DNA of 56,257 nucleotides. Source: an uncultured Candidatus Saccharibacteria bacterium. GTDB taxonomy: Bacteria > Patescibacteriota > Minisyncoccia > Phycocordibacterales > UBA2135. The stretch covers positions 1 to 56,257 of the forward strand of contig CAYGCZ010000004.1 of NCBI GenBank assembly GCA_964348495.1, given 5' to 3'. The notes under the pieces are model-generated. The model saw nothing but the letters and a program-made list of their open reading frames with translations, made no database searches and was not told where the DNA came from. Positions 19,106 through 27,621 of this stretch are shown here, piece after piece. Position 1 is the first letter of the stretch; each line of letters begins with the position of its first letter. A program made the position numbers and the translations under genes.

Positions 19106-20137
19106 TTATTCGTGACCAATCTCGGCAATTTCTACGCGACGGCCCTCACGCGCGGAGACGCGCATTGCTTCCAAGACACGAGCCTGACTGAGAATGCGAG
19201 CATACATTTCCTCATACTTTTTTGCGTCACCCGTCGCTACGGCTTCACAGAAAAATTCAAAACTCAAAGCAAACTGATTTGCTTCCGGTATCTCAAACGA
19301 CTCGCGCATATCTTGCGTGCCGTCATTTGTAGTAAGCTCAACAATCGGCTTCATCGTCGGCGGAATAGCAAACGCACGATTGGTCTGCACCACCCCTTTT
19401 GAACCCCAAACCGAATAGCGATTTTGATACAGGTTATCAAATCCAAATGACATAAGCGCCTCCCCTTTTTCAAATTCGAGCATCGCCGAGCCTCTGATAT
19501 CCACTTCCTTGCCATCGTTGTGCACCGTACACGTAACAGCAAGCGGTTCTCCACGCATAATTTTTCGTGCCATAAAAACCGTATAGCATCCACAGTCATT
19601 GAGCGCGCCACCTTTTAGCTCCGCATTATTGCGAATGTCCTCAGACGGAAATGGCGGAAATCCATACGCGCCATTCCAAACATGTGGCGCGCCCACTCGC
19701 CCGTCCGCGATGATTTCTAATACACGCGCATGCTGAGGATGAAATTCCGGCACGAAGTTTTCATAGAGAGCCACACCCGCCGCTCGACATACCTCCACCA
19801 TTCGCTTTGCAGAAGCAAAACTATACGTAATGGATTTTTCAGCAATGACATACTTACCGGCACTGGCCGCTTTACATACCCACTCCTCTTGCAGTCCAAT
19901 CGGAAGCGGGCTATATATAACATCGATATCGTCACGCGCGATAAGCGTATCGTACCCCTCAGGCTCCATGCCGTATTCACGAGCCCATTCATTTGCTTTA
20001 ACCTCATCTCGACTGGCAATCGCTACCAGCTCAACACCCGAGAGAGACTGAAATGCGGGGATACCATAACGCTTGGCGATAGCGGAAGTCCCGAGAATAC
20101 CGATTCTAATTGTTTTGTTATTGTTTTGTATATTCAT
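19106..20137 (-). CDS. Gfo/Idh/MocA oxidoreductase, probable NDP-hexose 3-ketoreductase
   Basis: IRIGILGTSAIAKR, AIASRD, AEKS, YENF...HPQH, GGALNDCGCY; coupled to the 2,3-dehydratase. Confidence 0.85.
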   Translation of the reverse strand: MNIQNNNKTIRIGILGTSAIAKRYGIPAFQSLSGVELVAIASRDEVKANEWAREYGMEPEGYDTLIARDDIDVIYSPLPIGLQEEWVCKAASAGKYVIAEKSITYSFASAKRMVEVCRAAGVALYENFVPEFHPQHARVLEIIADGRVGAPHVWNGAYGFPPFPSEDIRNNAELKGGALNDCGCYTVFMARKIMRGEPLAVTCTVHNDGKEVDIRGSAMLEFEKGEALMSFGFDNLYQNRYSVWGSKGVVQTNRAFAIPPTMKPIVELTTNDGTQDMRESFEIPEANQFALSFEFFCEAVATGDAKKYEEMYARILSQARVLEAMRVSAREGRRVEIAEIGHE

Positions 20138-20772
20138 AATAGCGCGCATACATTACGGGCAAGCGAATTCATTGTAACATCGACACGGAGTAATCGTTTG
20201 ATTTGTGGCAGGGTCAGCCACATATAGTCCTCTGTGATCGGTACCTCCTCGGATTCATCAACCTCAACGATCATTGAGCGATTGACCTTCTGATAGAATC
20301 GCCCGCCATCCTCGACTCCCGTAACCGCCTCGATCACCCTTCCTTTTGTTCCATCAAAATACTCGACCAAACGCGGTCGCTTGCCTTTGTGTGCTACAGA
20401 CAAGTTGCCTTCGGATACTTGCAGAGCAGGAGAGATTTGCAAGGTGTTGACATTGCCGGGCTCAAACTTGGCATAGAAAAGATAGTGATCTATACCACCT
20501 CTCTTTTGCTTGATGACACCCGAGATACCGAGCTCCTTTTGCTCGAGCATCGGCTGACTCCATGAAGGAATCTCTCGATCGGCGGCGCCGGAAACCTTTA
20601 CGCCGATAATAGAAAAAAACTTGCCGGTTTCGTGCGTAATATTGCCTGTTTCTTCATTAACCTGCCAACCGGGACACTCCTTCACACCTACCTCACAGGT
20701 AGTTACAGGATACGCCGCTCGTCGCTCCTCAAGCCAATCTAAGATGTGTTGAATGTCTGTTTCTTCGTTCAT
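20134..20772 (-). CDS. NDP-hexose 2,3-dehydratase family, single-domain
   Basis: HETGKFFSIIG, WSQPM, AKFEPGN, QISPALQ, EDGGRF, WLTLPQ. Confidence 0.85.
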   Translation of the reverse strand: MNEETDIQHILDWLEERRAAYPVTTCEVGVKECPGWQVNEETGNITHETGKFFSIIGVKVSGAADREIPSWSQPMLEQKELGISGVIKQKRGGIDHYLFYAKFEPGNVNTLQISPALQVSEGNLSVAHKGKRPRLVEYFDGTKGRVIEAVTGVEDGGRFYQKVNRSMIVEVDESEEVPITEDYMWLTLPQIKRLLRVDVTMNSLARNVCALL

Positions 20773-22001
20773 ACAATCTCAACGTTAGGAATAGGAATAA
20801 TGAATTTTGCGCCGCGCGCGCGTAGCTCACTCTCTTTTTCAAGAATAAAATCTCGATAATTCCACGCCAAAAGCAAAATATAGTCCGGTGTTTCCGTTTT
20901 TAATATATCGGGTGAAACAACCGGAATATGGCTTCCCGGAGTAAGTAAACCAATCTTGTAGGGCGTTGTGTCCGTGATAAAAGAAATGTCGTTTGCAGTA
21001 AATCCGCAAAAGTTCAGTAACGTATTGCCTTTTGCCGGTGCACCGTATGCGGTAACCACCTTCCCCTCTTCGCGCAAACCGCGCACAAGTGAAACCAACT
21101 TGTCGCGCACCGCCTCCGCGTCTTTTTGAAAATCCTTAAATCGCTCCAGAGAATGCAAGCCGCTACTCTTTTCAAGTTCGAGTAATGCCGCGACGGAAGC
21201 ATCTACCGGCTCACCGGTTTTTCTACGAGCAAAAACACGTATCGATCCACCATGTGTCGCCACACGCTCAACAAGAGCAACCTCCATACCAAACCTCTCA
21301 AACAAGTAACATAATGGCTTAATGCTATAGTAACAAAGATGCTCGTGATACACCGTATCAAACTCCATCTTCTCGATAAGGTCTAAGAGGTAGTGCGACT
21401 CCGTAACAAACACACCATCATCACCAATCAACACCTGCACCCCTCGCACGATTTCATCAAGATCATCAATATGCGCAAAGACATTATTTGCAGTAACAAC
21501 CTTTGCGGTACCATGTCGCGCTACGATGTCTCGTGCCATCTCTTCGGTAAAAAAACCACTTTGTGTTTCTATGCCTTTCGCACTGGCAACAGCCGCCACG
21601 TTGGCAGAAGGTTCTACACCGAGCACGCGACAGGTGTCTGTAAAAAATTGCAGCAGGACTCCATCGTTTGAACCGATGTCCACCACCAAGTCATCCTTTT
21701 GTAGGTTATAGCGACTCTTAATGTCCGCCGCGTACTCACGAAAATGCTCCACGAGTGGTTTGGAGGCAGAGGAAAAATACGCGTATTCCCCATGAAAAAG
21801 CTCGTCTTCTTCAACAACATCGAGAAGCTGTACGAGATTGCACGTGTTACAAAAATACACGTCGAGAGGATACCGTTTTTCATTCTTCTTACCCTCCGCC
21901 GTAATAAAATTGTCTACGGGCGGATGCTCACCAAGAACAAGAAACCTCGTGAGTTCATTCGATGAACAGATTCTGCAGGTGGTTTTATGTCTATGTGCCA
22001 T
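20769..22001 (-). CDS. NDP-sugar C-methyltransferase (TylCIII/EryBIII/NovU-like)
   Basis: Zn site CRIC...CNTC, DIGSNDG, ANNVFAH, YHEHLCYYS, YGAPAKGNTLLN, LLLAWNY. Confidence 0.92.
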   Translation of the reverse strand: MAHRHKTTCRICSSNELTRFLVLGEHPPVDNFITAEGKKNEKRYPLDVYFCNTCNLVQLLDVVEEDELFHGEYAYFSSASKPLVEHFREYAADIKSRYNLQKDDLVVDIGSNDGVLLQFFTDTCRVLGVEPSANVAAVASAKGIETQSGFFTEEMARDIVARHGTAKVVTANNVFAHIDDLDEIVRGVQVLIGDDGVFVTESHYLLDLIEKMEFDTVYHEHLCYYSIKPLCYLFERFGMEVALVERVATHGGSIRVFARRKTGEPVDASVAALLELEKSSGLHSLERFKDFQKDAEAVRDKLVSLVRGLREEGKVVTAYGAPAKGNTLLNFCGFTANDISFITDTTPYKIGLLTPGSHIPVVSPDILKTETPDYILLLAWNYRDFILEKESELRARGAKFIIPIPNVEIV

Positions 22002-22005
22002 ATAG

Positions 22006-22860
22006 TTAAGGTTTATCTTCCCAGATTTTATGTTTCAGTGTCTTTCCTCCGTATGTGCCCGACGTTATGTCCTCAACCGCGCTTTTCTCAATAGCTTCGC
22101 GAAGTCGCATACCCGGATCATGTGCGAGTTTTTCTTCAAAAAATCGCTTGTATTTACCGCTACTTGCTGAAAGTACTGCGCTTGTGTTCAAAAACTGAAC
22201 CGTCAACTCCCCATTTCTGATTGCTTCTACAAATTCAACGAGTGCGGTGTTTTGCCCGTCGGGACTATTGTCGACAAAATCTTCTATATGGTTCAGGAGT
22301 GCTTCTGCCCGTGGCTCATGCCAAGCAGACAAAACGAAGACTATATTCTTCCATCCGTGTTCTCTCCATAGTCGCGCATGCTCTTTGTATTCAGTGATAG
22401 TGTCCACAGCGACAGCATGTTCCCCTGTTGAGACTATGCTATCGTCTTTGACACCTCTTCGACGTAACTCTTCCTCGATAATTGTCGCGTAGGTTGGTTC
22501 GTCTTCGTTTCTTGGACGAGTTACTGTTACAATCTGTGCTTCAGGAAAAACTTCATGTATCTTCGCCACCGCAATAACTCGATCGTTACCACCGGCGGGA
22601 ACTCCATTTTTTCTCATATGCTCCATCTCCTCCGGAGTAAGGTGAATATCGAGTTTTTCTAGATTTATGTGCCCACTTTCTATTGCCAGTCGACTATTTT
22701 CATCTCCTATACCAAACGAACTGGGTACATACCCGCGTGTTTTATCAAATCGAGAAGGCCCGGCGAGAATACAAAAAGCATCAGGGAAACCCACAACAAG
22801 TTGCTTGAGAGTCTCTTTTTCTTTTTCCAAGTGGTTTGGTTGTGGTATTTTCTCCATCAT
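22006..22860 (-). CDS. hypothetical protein, DUF218/YdcF-like
   Basis: ILAG, AVDTITE and VFVLSAWHEPRA resemble DUF218 motifs. Confidence 0.55.
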   Translation of the reverse strand: MMEKIPQPNHLEKEKETLKQLVVGFPDAFCILAGPSRFDKTRGYVPSSFGIGDENSRLAIESGHINLEKLDIHLTPEEMEHMRKNGVPAGGNDRVIAVAKIHEVFPEAQIVTVTRPRNEDEPTYATIIEEELRRRGVKDDSIVSTGEHAVAVDTITEYKEHARLWREHGWKNIVFVLSAWHEPRAEALLNHIEDFVDNSPDGQNTALVEFVEAIRNGELTVQFLNTSAVLSASSGKYKRFFEEKLAHDPGMRLREAIEKSAVEDITSGTYGGKTLKHKIWEDKP

Positions 22861-22899
22861 ATCGGATAAAATTATAACTGATTAAACCCTTGAATACAT

Positions 22900-23736
22900 T
22901 CAGACACTCCACTCCTCTTTAATATATTCTGCAAGCGCTTCCTTCCATGGCCTGAGCATGCAATGATCGGAGACGACCGCTTCATTTACCGGAAGCGTAG
23001 CCCCGCCGGGGAAATAACTTCGATCTACAGCGCGTACCTTGGCATCAGAATGCATTTGTGAAACCAAAACCTCGGCGAGATCATACCGCGTCGCGACCCC
23101 TGAATTAACTATATGATACGTACCTGTTTTGCCTGCCGAAAGTAATTCTTTTATTGCTTGAATATAATCCTTTCCGTAGGTTGGCGACCCTTGCACGTCG
23201 TTGAGCGCGACAACCTCTGGCACGTTCGACAACAATTGCTTAAGAACAGCGCCGTAAAACTTGTTATCCCGCGTCGGCCCGCCACCAAATACCCAAGCGG
23301 TACGCGCAATGATATGTTGCGGCACCATATCTCTTACCAAGATTTCACCGATATGTTTTGTTCGCCCATACTGCGTCTCCGGCTGTGGCACGTCTGCTTC
23401 ATTATAAGGTGCTTGCTTATCACCTCGAAATACTCGCGAAGAAGACGCGTACACCATAGTGGCGCCGATATCGCTCGCCGCGCGCGCTACGTTGTATGTG
23501 CCGCGCACGTTTATATCATAGGCATACTCCGGCTCTCGCTCCGAACGTGCCATATCCGCCGCCGCCGCAAGGTGGATAATCGCATTCGGCTTGTGTTTCT
23601 CCATATACTCTCTCACCTGCAGTTCATTGGTAATATCGAGCTCGTGATGACTCGGCCGTAAACCAAAATCAACATACGCCCCCACCATTCCACCGCCTCC
23701 GGTCGTTACGACACGTTCAAAATTACAGGAGCTCAT
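22900..23736 (-). CDS. rfbD: dTDP-4-dehydrorhamnose reductase-like 4-ketoreductase
   Basis: TGGGGMVG, HLAA, YGRTK, RTAWVFG, GSPTY. Confidence 0.82.
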   Translation of the reverse strand: MSSCNFERVVTTGGGGMVGAYVDFGLRPSHHELDITNELQVREYMEKHKPNAIIHLAAAADMARSEREPEYAYDINVRGTYNVARAASDIGATMVYASSSRVFRGDKQAPYNEADVPQPETQYGRTKHIGEILVRDMVPQHIIARTAWVFGGGPTRDNKFYGAVLKQLLSNVPEVVALNDVQGSPTYGKDYIQAIKELLSAGKTGTYHIVNSGVATRYDLAEVLVSQMHSDAKVRAVDRSYFPGGATLPVNEAVVSDHCMLRPWKEALAEYIKEEWSV

Positions 23737-24449
23737 ACTGTACGCTTTGCGATTTCGTTACTTACCGCGAGCAATGATTCAAATGTTCCCGCGTCAGACC
23801 AAAGACCCTCAACAAGAGCGTGCGAGAGTTTTCCTTTACTCAAATACATATTGTTAACATCGGTAATTTCCAATTCTCCACGGGCCGAGGGCTTGAGCGT
23901 TTTAATAAATGAAAAAACATTGGTGTCGTAAATATAGAAACCTGTTTGTGCCAATTTTGATTTTGGATTTTTTGGTTTTTCTTCGATAGTCAGTATACGC
24001 TCACCGGAGTCGTCAAAGACAGGAACACCAAAACGAGACGGGTTGGCAACTTCCTTAAAGAAGACCTTCGCGCCATCAGTAAACGTGGCTATGTCCTCGC
24101 TAAAATCACCATCAAAGATATTATCGCCCAAGACAACCGCGACGGATTCGTTGTCAGAAAAGCCTTCGGCCTGACGGAGCGCATCGGCAATACCGCCATT
24201 ATTGGTATCTTGAATAGCATACGAACACGTTATGCCATATTCCTCACCCGAACCGAGAAAATTCATAAAATCACCCGCGTGTTCCCGACCGCATACAACC
24301 ATAATCTCGGTGATCCCCGCCTTTCTGAGCGTCTCCAGTGGATACAGAATCATCGGTTTGTTGTATACCGGCAAGAGATGTTTGTTTGTTATGTTGGTTA
24401 ACGGGCGCAAGCGCGTTCCCAATCCTCCAGCGAGAATGATGCCTTTCAT
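23733..24449 (-). CDS. rfbA: glucose-1-phosphate thymidylyltransferase (short form)
   Basis: MKGIILAGGLGTRLRPLT, KHLLPVYNKPMI, EEKP, SARGELEITD, WSDAGT. Confidence 0.92.
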   Translation of the reverse strand: MKGIILAGGLGTRLRPLTNITNKHLLPVYNKPMILYPLETLRKAGITEIMVVCGREHAGDFMNFLGSGEEYGITCSYAIQDTNNGGIADALRQAEGFSDNESVAVVLGDNIFDGDFSEDIATFTDGAKVFFKEVANPSRFGVPVFDDSGERILTIEEKPKNPKSKLAQTGFYIYDTNVFSFIKTLKPSARGELEITDVNNMYLSKGKLSHALVEGLWSDAGTFESLLAVSNEIAKRTV

Positions 24450-24453
24450 AATG

Positions 24454-25530
24454 TTATTTGATAGTATGCTTTCCCCAAAGATCGATATGAGGGTTAAAAA
24501 CACCCGTCTTTTCGCGCACCTTCTCAACCCATTCGTTGTTATCAAGATACCACTGCACCGTTGTGAGAAACGCATCTTCAAAGTTATGTCGCGGCTTCCA
24601 CCCAAGCTCCTTGCGAATAAGCGACGCGTCTATTGCGTATCGACGGTCGTGTCCCGGCCTATCGGTGACAAACTCAATCATGTCCTCCCCTTTGTTGAAA
24701 TACTTCAAAATACGCGCGGCAATATCCCTATTATCCAGCTCGTTGTCAGCGCCGATATTATAGACTCCACCCGTGCGTCCTTGCAGTAAACAAAGCTCGA
24801 GCGCCTCGCAATGATCAAGTACGTATACCCAGTCACGAACATTTCGCCCATCGCCATAGAGAGGTAGCTTCTTCCCCTCAAGCATGCGTAAAATAAAGAA
24901 TGGGATGAGTTTCTCGGGATACTGTCGCGGCCCATAATTATTGGAACAGTGTGTTACGACAACGGGCAATCCCCATGTATTGTGATAGGCGCGACAGAGC
25001 ATATCACCACCTGCCTTTGTGGCGGCATACGGAACATTGGGCGCAAAAGCCGTCTCTTCAGTAAAGAGCTCTTTCGTATCCAAATCGAGTGAACCATACA
25101 CCTCATCGGTAGAGACCTGAACGTACTTCTGTACCTGCTGCGATGCTTTTACCGCCTCAAGAATATTGTACACGCCGACTACGTTGGTATTGATAAACTC
25201 CAGCGAACCAACATGGATACTTCGATCAACGTGAGTTTCAGCGGCAAAGTTGATAACATAATCAGGGGCATACTCCGCAAAAACAGCGTCGATTTTCTTC
25301 TGATCTGCCACATCACCTTCGACAAAAGTGTACCGCTCGTCATCGGCACACGCCTCTACGTTATCAAGATTACCCGAGTAGGTCAGTTTATCTACATTTA
25401 CAATTTTGACTGACGGGTACTTCTGAAGAATGTAGTGGATAAAATTAGAACCGATGAAACCGGCACCGCCACAGACAAGAAGGGTTTTATTATGTAACGA
25501 CATGGTGGATTGCTTAGGAGAATCATTCAT
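24454..25530 (-). CDS. rfbB: dTDP-glucose 4,6-dehydratase
   Basis: GGAGFIGSNF, DKLTYSGN, AAETHVDRSI, STDEVYG, NNYGPRQYPEKLIP, DRPGHDRRY. Confidence 0.96.
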   Translation of the reverse strand: MNDSPKQSTMSLHNKTLLVCGGAGFIGSNFIHYILQKYPSVKIVNVDKLTYSGNLDNVEACADDERYTFVEGDVADQKKIDAVFAEYAPDYVINFAAETHVDRSIHVGSLEFINTNVVGVYNILEAVKASQQVQKYVQVSTDEVYGSLDLDTKELFTEETAFAPNVPYAATKAGGDMLCRAYHNTWGLPVVVTHCSNNYGPRQYPEKLIPFFILRMLEGKKLPLYGDGRNVRDWVYVLDHCEALELCLLQGRTGGVYNIGADNELDNRDIAARILKYFNKGEDMIEFVTDRPGHDRRYAIDASLIRKELGWKPRHNFEDAFLTTVQWYLDNNEWVEKVREKTGVFNPHIDLWGKHTIK

Positions 25531-25551
25531 TCTGTGAATATACGCCTTATA

Positions 25552-26481
25552 TTATACCTCTTCCTGCACGATGTAAATTGGCCTTTTCTTTACTTCTTCA
25601 AAGGTTTTACCGAGATACAAAGCGACAATTCCGATCATGATAGTCAATAGGCCAAATATAAACCAAAGCGATCCAAGTACCAGTATCGCGCTATCATTGA
25701 CACCGCCCTGAAGAGCGTGCCAAATAACAGACACCAGGTAGATACCGGAAACCAAGGACACCACCATACCGACTTTAACGATAATTCGCAACGGTCGCTC
25801 GGAATACGCCAAGATAATATCGGTAGCAAGACTAAACAACTTACGAAATGAATATCCCGACTCCCCACCCTTTCGCGGAGCATGCTCAACGGGCACCATC
25901 GCTCTTCGAAAACCAACCCATCGTGCCATAACCGAAAAATACCGCATGCGATCTTGAATAGAAAGAATCGCGGCAATAACTCGCCGATGATATATGCCAA
26001 AATTAGTGAGGGTGCGTTCTTGATGAATACCCGACAAATAACTCAACGTGCTGTAAAAACAACGCGATAGACACCGACGCAGAAAACCATCATGACGCTT
26101 CTGTCGAGAGCCGACAACCACAAAAAACCCCTCTTTGGTCTTTGCGTACATTTTTTCGATCCCTTCGGGTTGGTCTTGCAGGTCGCAATCCATAACCACT
26201 ACCCACTCCCCGCGACTTGCTTCAAGCCCTGCGGTAATAGCAGGATACTGACCAAAATTACGCGAGAGGTTGAGACCACGAACGCGCTTGTCTTGGTGTG
26301 CCAGTTTTTGTATTGTCTGCCATGCCTGATCGGGGCTGGCATCGTTGACCAATAATAATTCGAAATCCGGGGTTATTTTTTCCAGCACTACTACAACACG
26401 AGAGTATAATTCATGCAATATATCATGCGAGCCATATACCGGCACAACAACCGATATGTGTATGGGTACTGCAGTATTCAT
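25552..26481 (-). CDS. GT2 undecaprenyl-phosphate glycosyltransferase (GtrB/ArnC-like)
   Basis: ISVVVPVY, LSRNFGQ, MDCDLQD, two C-terminal TMs, KRPIYIV. Confidence 0.9.
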   Translation of the reverse strand: MNTAVPIHISVVVPVYGSHDILHELYSRVVVVLEKITPDFELLLVNDASPDQAWQTIQKLAHQDKRVRGLNLSRNFGQYPAITAGLEASRGEWVVVMDCDLQDQPEGIEKMYAKTKEGFFVVVGSRQKRHDGFLRRCLSRCFYSTLSYLSGIHQERTLTNFGIYHRRVIAAILSIQDRMRYFSVMARWVGFRRAMVPVEHAPRKGGESGYSFRKLFSLATDIILAYSERPLRIIVKVGMVVSLVSGIYLVSVIWHALQGGVNDSAILVLGSLWFIFGLLTIMIGIVALYLGKTFEEVKKRPIYIVQEEV

Positions 26482-26544
26482 ACATGCAATTATATACCTT
26501 GATAGAAAAAAACCTAATGCGCGTCGGGAGGTAAAAAAGGTCGG

Positions 26545-27621
26545 TTATGATACATTGTCAAGTTTGATGCCCGAAAGGATGGCGATTGCCCGTTTTTTCC
26601 ACGTATACGTATCTTGCTGTTTTACTTTCAGTGAATCTGAATGTTCCAAATACCAAGCAAGAGACGATGCATCATCAGGCTCAAAAAAAAGTGTGTTTTC
26701 TTTCAGTACGGCACGAAGCGCGGGCACATCAGAAGAAACGATTGGTTTGCCTGTCGCAAGATAGGCAAACGCTTTCATTGGCGAGGTGTATTTTGAAGCA
26801 TCCTCATTTTTGTTTGAGTTGGGTATCACCAACACATCACCTGCCGCCAATACGCGCGACAACTGTTTGTATGGTGTTGCCGGACAAAACCTTGCTTTTG
26901 GATATTTCTTTTGTAATTCTTCCACAAGAGGTCCGGTACCAACAAGAACGCAGAGCATGTCTTCCCCGACATATTCGCTTGCCGCGGCAAAGGTGTCCGC
27001 GCCCTTCGCGCTATCGATGCGACCCACATAGAGTGCGATCTTTTTATCTTGCGGAATACCGAGCCACTCTCTCGATTCTTTCAGGTCGTACTGTCTTTTA
27101 AATGACTCAGGATCAATGGCGTCGTGAGCGACAATGCTTTTTTCGGGCGCAATACCCACGTCTATGTACACGTCACGCAATCCTTCTGAAATAACGACGA
27201 GTCGATACGCGTACTTCGCAACGAGTTTCGAAATAAACGTTGGTTTTGTATGTGCCTCATAGACAATTTTTCTACCAAGAAAAAGGTACTGCAGGAGCAC
27301 AAAAGCGTCACGTGAATAGACAATATCAGCATTCCAAAAACTCTTTCGCCATCTTATGACTTCGGAAAACCACAGCGCCGAAACCATAAAACCAATCACT
27401 CCCCACCCTACCCAGTCAGGTGTTTTCAATTTTGTGACAGTAAAGTTTTTTTGCACATCATAATAGTCAAAAGGATCGTCGGTGACAGGTGTTTTACGAC
27501 CGGGTATGACAAGCTCTACTTCGACACCTTCACCCGCAAATGCTTCACAGGTCTTCATGATCTGCGCGCCGTGTGCCTTTTCCGTAGGAAGTCGAATAAA
27601 CGCCGTATACATAATTTTCAT
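26545..27621 (-). CDS. GT4 glycosyltransferase
   Basis: RLPTEKAHGAQIMKTCEA; YTSPMKAFAYLATGKPIV. Confidence 0.9.
   Translation of the reverse strand: MKIMYTAFIRLPTEKAHGAQIMKTCEAFAGEGVEVELVIPGRKTPVTDDPFDYYDVQKNFTVTKLKTPDWVGWGVIGFMVSALWFSEVIRWRKSFWNADIVYSRDAFVLLQYLFLGRKIVYEAHTKPTFISKLVAKYAYRLVVISEGLRDVYIDVGIAPEKSIVAHDAIDPESFKRQYDLKESREWLGIPQDKKIALYVGRIDSAKGADTFAAASEYVGEDMLCVLVGTGPLVEELQKKYPKARFCPATPYKQLSRVLAAGDVLVIPNSNKNEDASKYTSPMKAFAYLATGKPIVSSDVPALRAVLKENTLFFEPDDASSLAWYLEHSDSLKVKQQDTYTWKKRAIAILSGIKLDNVS

Noticed and set aside
19106..25530. Secondary-metabolite (antibiotic) cluster
   Set aside because: No PKS/NRPS, GT1 aglycone glycosyltransferase or exporter; the context is envelope glycan synthesis.
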